A DNA stretch of 64,000 nucleotides, taken from an uncultured Candidatus Binatia bacterium (GTDB lineage: Bacteria; Desulfobacterota; Binatia; UBA9968; JAJDTQ01). Position numbers and translations under genes: made by a program. The stretch lies in NCBI GenBank assembly GCA_965213675.1, contig OZ243916.1:1376001-1440000 (forward strand). The letters run 5' to 3'. The notes under the pieces were generated by a model. That model was not told where the DNA came from. It made no database searches and saw only the letters and a program-made list of their open reading frames with translations. Each line of letters begins with the position of its first letter. Positions within the stretch are counted from its first letter, which is position 1. Shown piece after piece: positions 58,543 to 64,000 of this stretch.

Positions 58543-59319
58543 CTACAGATCGAACTCACGCACCAGCGCCAGGCGCAACAGGATCAGGTGATTCTCGACC
58601 CGGTAAGGACAGGCCGCGAGCGCGCCGCCCGACCCGCAAGGGTTGTTGCCGGAGCGGTTGACCCAGTGCGTACCGCGACCGAAACCCAGGTACGAGGCAT
58701 CCAGCCGCCATCTCCAGGAACTCATCCGGGGCGTCTCGATACCGATTCCGAGCACCCAACCTATGCGGGTGGCGTGGTGCAGAAACGAATCGTCCGGATC
58801 TCTACGCGGGGGCATGTCCGGCGAGAAATCGATGTCGGTCAGGGTATTCGTGATGCGCGCCAGGGCCGCGCCCCCGTTGATGAAGACCGTCCACGGCCCC
58901 TCCCGGTGCTCCAGCCCCAGGCGCGCGGTGGCGGCCCAGCGGACCCGCCCTCTCACCGTCTCGTCCCGCCCGGCGGGGTCGAGGCGGTCCGACTTTCCCG
59001 ACATCTCACCCCAGGCCCCGTCGAGTTCCAGCCTCAGGCGCGCCTTGTCCAGGGTGAATTTGCGTCCCACCAGAACACCCCAGGAAAAATCGCCGTCGTC
59101 GTAATCCGTGGCCCAGCCCGGCATGCCCCAGTTGGCAAAGCCGCTGCGGTCGATGATCCGGTTCTCGGTGCGAGCGGCGCCGGCGAATACACCAGCGTAG
59201 GTTTCTCCCCAGGCCGCGGCGCTGGTGGTCGAGGGGATGCCGGCCGCAAGAACGAGCGTCCAAAGCAGAAACCGCGCGAATCCGGCAAGGCCGGTGCGAA
59301 CTGAGTCAGTGGAATCCAT
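58543..59319 (-). CDS. Outer-membrane beta-barrel protein (Omp25/OmpA-like 8-strand)
   Basis: Signal peptide, YAGVFAG, alternating beta strands, GWVLGIGIE, aromatic residue near the C-terminus. Confidence 0.75.
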   Translation of the reverse strand: MDSTDSVRTGLAGFARFLLWTLVLAAGIPSTTSAAAWGETYAGVFAGAARTENRIIDRSGFANWGMPGWATDYDDGDFSWGVLVGRKFTLDKARLRLELDGAWGEMSGKSDRLDPAGRDETVRGRVRWAATARLGLEHREGPWTVFINGGAALARITNTLTDIDFSPDMPPRRDPDDSFLHHATRIGWVLGIGIETPRMSSWRWRLDASYLGFGRGTHWVNRSGNNPCGSGGALAACPYRVENHLILLRLALVREFDL

Positions 59320-59537
59320 AGTGGGGCCGATCATGGGACGAATTTACGAGGAAACTTCCATTGTTTCCACCGGTCCAGATTCGCGCCGTTGCGGGCATCC
59401 TTCATGCCGGATGGAAGCCGGCGATTCCCGCCTCCGATCAGGGTCGCGGACAAACGTTCGCGGGCATGACATCTTCATGTCCATGACGAACCCCGGGGCC
59501 TGCTTTCGCATCGCTCGTCACGTACCTTCCTTCAACA

Positions 59538-60296
59538 TCAGGTTCTTCCCGGCATCGTCTCCCTTGGGCGGGCCTGGATCCAGCGGTGAGTTCTGGGACG
59601 GCCGGCGCGCAACCCGGCGGACTCGTCGAAGTCGCGGCGCAGCCGCTCCAGGTCGGCGGCCACATCGACGTCGTAGGCGCCGGCGACCATGCGCACGCGC
59701 AGGCCCAGTCGCCGGGCCTTGTCCAGAGTCTGATGGAGCACGGCCGCGGTGCTCCAGGCGACGCCGGTAAAGAGTCCCGCCACCGGTCTGTTGAGGCCGA
59801 TGAGATAGTAGCCGCCGTCGTCCGCCGGACCCAACACCACGTCGCAGGCATCCTGGCGCAACCAGTCGCACGCGCGTTCCACCGCGGCCGCGCTCAGGGC
59901 AGGAATGTCGCTGCCCACCACGACGACCTGCCGGTAACCGGAGTCCCGCAGATCCGTGAACACGGCGTGCATGCGCGCGCCAAGGGAATCGCCGCGCTGC
60001 GGCAACAGGTTCGGGGCCAACTCCGGAACGCGCGCGAAGTAGCTGCGGCTGCGCTCCGCATACGCCACCCAGGTGTGCCAGCGCGCCGCGCCCGCCAGGT
60101 GGTGGAGAACGTCCTCGAGGACACAGGCGTAGAAATCCGCGGCCTCCGCATGGGTCAGGGGCGGGCACAGCCGGGTCTTCACCGCTCCCGGTTTCGGCGC
60201 GCGCGCCATGACCGCCACGGCGGGCAAGTCAATCCGCGCGCGCGACCCGGACAGCCGCGCCCCCGTGCCGCATGGGCGAGAGGATTCGTTGTGCAT
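59538..60296 (-). CDS. DUF2064/TIGR04282-type CofC-like transferase
   Basis: ARAPKPGAVKTRL, QRGDSLGARM, VGSDIP, LGPADDGGYYLIG, YDVDVAADL; start uncertain. Confidence 0.88.
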   Translation of the reverse strand: MHNESSRPCGTGARLSGSRARIDLPAVAVMARAPKPGAVKTRLCPPLTHAEAADFYACVLEDVLHHLAGAARWHTWVAYAERSRSYFARVPELAPNLLPQRGDSLGARMHAVFTDLRDSGYRQVVVVGSDIPALSAAAVERACDWLRQDACDVVLGPADDGGYYLIGLNRPVAGLFTGVAWSTAAVLHQTLDKARRLGLRVRMVAGAYDVDVAADLERLRRDFDESAGLRAGRPRTHRWIQARPRETMPGRT

Positions 60297-60381
60297 GGAA
60301 TTTACCTGCGGCATTAAATCAACTATAAACGAACGCGCCGACGCAAGACCGCCGCATTTTCGTGCCCACGTCGGCACAGCG

Positions 60382-60480
60382 CAGCGTGTCGGGTTCATGG
60401 AATCGCCGCGAGAGGCACTTTCGCATCGCTCTTCACGAACTTTTTTGCAACATCGGGATCTCGACAAACCCGACAGACTC
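60382..60480. mobile_element. Degenerate MITE (~99 bp) of the GAGCCTGTCGGG family
   Basis: CAGCGTGTCGGGTTCATGGAATCG ... GACAAACCCGACAGACTC. Confidence 0.5.
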
Positions 60481-60544
60481 CCAGGACGCACGCCGACGCG
60501 AGACAGAGGGAATCCCGACAAGACTCCGTGGGAGACATCCTTTC

Positions 60545-61249
60545 ATGAATCAACGCATCGGCAAGATAGCGGTAGTGGTGGTGGTGGCCGCTCTCGTCGC
60601 CAGCTTCTTCATCTTCGACCTGGGGAAGTACTTCAACCTCGAGTTCATCAAGGCGCAACGGGACGCATGGCTGGGCTACTACCAGCACAACCCCGCCATC
60701 ACCATCGCCGTGTACGCCGCGGTCTATATCGCGGTGACGGCGCTGTCGCTTCCGGGCGCGGCCATCATGACGCTTTTGGGCGGGGCGCTGTTCGGGGTGA
60801 TCACCGGCACCATTGTCGTCTCTTTTTGCAGCACCATCGGCGCCACCCTGGCGTTCCTGGTGGCGCGTTTCCTGCTCCGGGACAGCATTCAGGGCAAGTT
60901 CGGCGACAGGCTCGAGACCATCAACCAGGGCATCGCCAAGGAGGGGATGTTCTATCTCTTCACCATGCGGCTGATCCCGGTGATTCCTTTCTTCGTCATC
61001 AATCTGGTGATGGGGCTCACCCCCATCCGCGCCGTGCAGTTCTTCTTCGTGAGCCAACTGGGCATGTTTCCCGGCACCATCGTCTTCGTGAACGCCGGCA
61101 CCCAACTGGCCCAGATCGATTCGCTGGCGGGCATTCTGTCCCCTACGCTACTGGCGTCATTCGCGCTGCTCGGGCTGTTTCCGCTCATCGCGAAAAAGTC
61201 CATCGGGTGGGTCCAGAAGCGCAGACAGGCAAAGACCGCCGGAGACTGA
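60545..61249 (+). CDS. TVP38/TMEM64 (DedA superfamily) membrane protein
   Basis: ALSLPGA, GATLAFLVAR, RLIPVIPFFVIN, GMFPGT. Confidence 0.92.
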   Translation: MNQRIGKIAVVVVVAALVASFFIFDLGKYFNLEFIKAQRDAWLGYYQHNPAITIAVYAAVYIAVTALSLPGAAIMTLLGGALFGVITGTIVVSFCSTIGATLAFLVARFLLRDSIQGKFGDRLETINQGIAKEGMFYLFTMRLIPVIPFFVINLVMGLTPIRAVQFFFVSQLGMFPGTIVFVNAGTQLAQIDSLAGILSPTLLASFALLGLFPLIAKKSIGWVQKRRQAKTAGD

Positions 61250-61406
61250 CCGTGTTGCGGGCGCTCAAGGGAGGGCGGAAACCTGTTCCGAACCTGTGGA
61301 AGGGCTCTGGACGAACGGAAGAAGTTTTCGCCGAATCGTCAACCTGACACCGTTCGTCCTGAGCGAAGCAAAGGCGACGGATGCCGTCCGGACCGGGAGA
61401 ACAAGC

Positions 61407-62936
61407 ATGCGTCACATTCCGCAACTTTCGCCGCAGGATGAATACAACGAGGTGCTGGGGTCCAACACGCACCCGCCGGACTGGACCAATCCGGCGCCGG
61501 CCGACCGCTACAATCTGGTGGTCATCGGCGCCGGCACCGCCGGGCTCGTGACCGCGGCCGGGGCCGCCGGACTCGGCGCCAGGGTGGCGCTGGTGGAGCG
61601 CCATTACCTCGGCGGCGACTGCCTCAACGTGGGCTGCGTTCCGTCCAAATGTCTCATTCGTTCGTCGCGGGTGGTGGCGGAGATGCGCGAAGCAAACACG
61701 TTCGGCATCGGGCGGCCGGATGAAGTGCAGGTGGACTTCGCCGCGGTCATGGAACGCATGCGCCGCATCCGGTCGCACATCAGCCACCACGACTCGGTGA
61801 AGCGCTTCAGCGACCTGGGCGTGGACGTGTTCCTGGGAGACGCGAGCTTCACCGGCCCCGAAACCGTGGACGTGGACGGTCAGCCGCTCCACTTCAAGAA
61901 GGCCGTGATCGCCGCCGGCGCGCGCGCGGCCGCGCCCCATCCGCCCATCGAGGGGCTGGAGGAAGCGGGTTATCTGACCAACGAGACCGTGTTCTCGCTG
62001 ACCCGGCGTCCGGAGCGGCTCGCCGTCATCGGCGCCGGCCCCATCGGCTGCGAATTGGCGCAGACCTTCCAGCGCCTGGGTTGCCAGGTGATGCTGTTCC
62101 ACAACGGCGACCACATCCTCAACCGCGAAGACGCCGACGCCGCGGCCATCGTGCAGGACCAGTTCCTGCGCGAAGGCATCCAACTGGTGTTGAACAGCGC
62201 GCTCAAGCGCGTGGAGATGGAGAACGGCCGCAAGGTGGTGCACTTCGAGGCAGGCGGGACCCCCGACACGGTAACCGTGGACGAGATTCTCGTGGGGGCC
62301 GGACGCAAACCCAACGTGGACGGCCTCAACCTCGACGGCGTGGGCGTGCAGTACCACCCCTTTCGCGGCATCGTGGTGAACGACTACCTGCAGACCACCA
62401 ATCCGCGCATCTTCGCCGGCGGCGATGTGTGCATGGACTGGAAGTTCACCCATGCCGCCGACGCGGCCTCGCGCATGATCATCCAGAACGCACTCTTCTA
62501 CAAGAGCAAGAAGCTGAGTTCGCTGATCATGCCATGGGCGACGTACACCGACCCGGAGATCGCCCACGTGGGCCTGTACGAGCACGACGCCGGAAAGCAG
62601 GGCGTCGCCATCGACACCTACGTGCGCGAACTCAAGGAAGTGGACCGGGCGCTGGCCGACGGGGAGGAAGACGGCTTCGTCAAGATCCACGTGAAGAAGG
62701 GCACGGACACGATCGTTGGCGGCACCATCGTGGCGCGCCACGCCGGCGAGATGATCAGCGAAATCACCCTGGCCATGGCCGGCAAGGTCGGCCTCGGCGC
62801 CATCGGCAACGTCATTCACCCCTACCCCACCCAGGCCGAAGCCATCAAGCAGGCCGGCGACGCCTACAACCGCACACGGCTGACGCCCACGGTGAAGAAG
62901 ATATTTCAGCGCTGGCTGGCGTGGAGCCGGCGATAG
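61407..62936 (+). CDS. Pyridine nucleotide-disulfide oxidoreductase (MerA/Lpd-like, no C-terminal CC)
   Basis: IGAGTAG, GGDCLNVGCVPSK, GAGPIGCE, HPYPT. Confidence 0.88.
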   Translation: MRHIPQLSPQDEYNEVLGSNTHPPDWTNPAPADRYNLVVIGAGTAGLVTAAGAAGLGARVALVERHYLGGDCLNVGCVPSKCLIRSSRVVAEMREANTFGIGRPDEVQVDFAAVMERMRRIRSHISHHDSVKRFSDLGVDVFLGDASFTGPETVDVDGQPLHFKKAVIAAGARAAAPHPPIEGLEEAGYLTNETVFSLTRRPERLAVIGAGPIGCELAQTFQRLGCQVMLFHNGDHILNREDADAAAIVQDQFLREGIQLVLNSALKRVEMENGRKVVHFEAGGTPDTVTVDEILVGAGRKPNVDGLNLDGVGVQYHPFRGIVVNDYLQTTNPRIFAGGDVCMDWKFTHAADAASRMIIQNALFYKSKKLSSLIMPWATYTDPEIAHVGLYEHDAGKQGVAIDTYVRELKEVDRALADGEEDGFVKIHVKKGTDTIVGGTIVARHAGEMISEITLAMAGKVGLGAIGNVIHPYPTQAEAIKQAGDAYNRTRLTPTVKKIFQRWLAWSRR

Positions 62937-63035
62937 TTCGCCCGCGCCGTCGCCTCGCCGCAATGAAAGCGACCCGGCATGGTTCGGGATGTGGACGGGC
63001 CGTTTCGCGGGCGTCGCGCATCCAACGCAGACAAG

Positions 63036-64000
63036 CTACTGTCTGGACGAACTTCGGAGGCGCCGCCCCAGCGCGATCAGGAACATGACGCTCTTGCCGG
63101 CGGCGTGGGGCGAGAAGAACGCGGTGACGTCGTCGTCGAAAAAGGTCAGGCCGGAAGCCCCGAACCCTTGGGCGTAGGCCGCCAGGTAGATGCGACCCGC
63201 GGCAACCGCGGCGTCCATCTGCGCGAGACGGTAGCCGCGGTTGCCGTAGCGCCGCAGCACCGCCTCAAGGTCCGTCATGAAGTAGACGTTGACACTGGCG
63301 TCGGCCGGGATCTCCTGACCCAGTCCGAGAAAGCCGGCCTCCTTGCGGAAATTGCCTTCCTTGAGAAGCTCCAGCCGTTCGTCGTCGCGGTGCTGGACGT
63401 AAGCCCCCGGCGCCATGCCATCCACGTGATGGACGATGAGATAGATCTGGTTGAGCGCGCGCGACCCGACGGGGTCGGCGTCGGTGGCGACCCCGCGCGT
63501 GGCGTAATGCAGGGCGTTGGACAACTGGCCGAGGCTGATGGACTCGCGGGAGAAGCGGCGCGAGGAGCCGCGGCGCAGGATCACCGGCTCGATGCCGTCT
63601 GCCGGGAGTTCCGCCGCCGCATCGACACTCAGCGTCACCCTGCGGCCAGCCGCCCCACCCGCGGGTGGGGCGTCCTCGCCCGGTTTCTCGGGAGCCCGTC
63701 CAGAACCCTCTCCGCTTCTCCCAGGAACGGTCGCCACGGGTGGCGCGGACGCTGTCTCCAGCGTGTCCGTTCGCGCCCGGCTCGAAGCGGTCGCGCCGCC
63801 CTCGCCTTCACGCCAACGCCGCGCCTCACCGCCGCTCTCCAGGCATGACGCCGCGTGCGCCTCCCGGATGGAAGGGTAGTCCACTTCGCGGGCGGACAGC
63901 GGCCGGGTAGCGGGGTGAAGCATCGCCGGCGCTTCAGCGTTGGCGGCCGTGGGCGCGGGTGCGCCGCCCAGGGGCACGAGGCACAGCGACACTTCCTTGC
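63036..64000 (-). CDS. SagB/ThcOx-like nitroreductase-family protein (5' end outside window)
   Basis: ILRRGSSRRF, RGYRLAQMDA, GASGLTFFDDDVTAFFSPH. Confidence 0.82.
   Translation of the reverse strand, partial: KEVSLCLVPLGGAPAPTAANAEAPAMLHPATRPLSAREVDYPSIREAHAASCLESGGEARRWREGEGGATASSRARTDTLETASAPPVATVPGRSGEGSGRAPEKPGEDAPPAGGAAGRRVTLSVDAAAELPADGIEPVILRRGSSRRFSRESISLGQLSNALHYATRGVATDADPVGSRALNQIYLIVHHVDGMAPGAYVQHRDDERLELLKEGNFRKEAGFLGLGQEIPADASVNVYFMTDLEAVLRRYGNRGYRLAQMDAAVAAGRIYLAAYAQGFGASGLTFFDDDVTAFFSPHAAGKSVMFLIALGRRLRSSSRQ

Noticed and set aside
61407-62936. merA mercuric reductase
   Set aside because: No C-terminal Cys-Cys, no NmerA domain and no mer operon
11395-63848. Numerous long overlapping antisense/alternate-frame ORFs (e.g. 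17262..19040, 28807..30660, 42325..43971, 61185..62963)
   Set aside because: Expected shadows of high-GC coding genes; no motifs of their own
1-64000. CRISPR array, retron/DGR, rRNA or intact prophage
   Set aside because: No regularly spaced repeat-spacer array, reverse transcriptase motif, rRNA-like sequence or phage structural genes seen

Overview
High-GC bacterial chromosomal window. Its gene content (TTT transporter, xanthine-dehydrogenase-family trimer, PuuE-like deacetylases, ankyrin/NHL/TPR proteins) resembles deltaproteobacterial/Binatia-like host-associated lineages, but that taxonomy is only an inference. Positions ~1-10.3 kb are a decaying mobile island. It holds an intact RelE/HigB-HigA TA pair, a MOBF relaxase pseudogene, a phased YTAY array, MmeI-like methyltransferase and DUF2726 pseudogenes and two integrase remnants. 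Between the integrase remnants is an exported-protein cassette: a TbpB-like lipoprotein, a Slam remnant, a C2-domain/coiled-coil lipoprotein and an ankyrin protein. The rest is metabolic/housekeeping DNA (tctCAB, ssb, CI-like regulator, molybdoenzyme M-S-L, mazG, queG, apaH, tag, macAB, alkA, manC). It is sprinkled with a MITE/REP family and one complete IS5-family element, and contains a mosaic queG-apaH-GST duplication. The most notable locus (51.2-58.4 kb) encodes a polyprenol-phosphate-mannose synthase-GtrA fusion, two TMTC-like GT-C/TPR membrane proteins and a GDP-mannose-forming ManC, i.e. a candidate bacterial TMTC-type protein O-mannosylation pathway. No rRNA, tRNA or CRISPR array was recognised. 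All calls come from reading the sequence by eye; no database searches were run.
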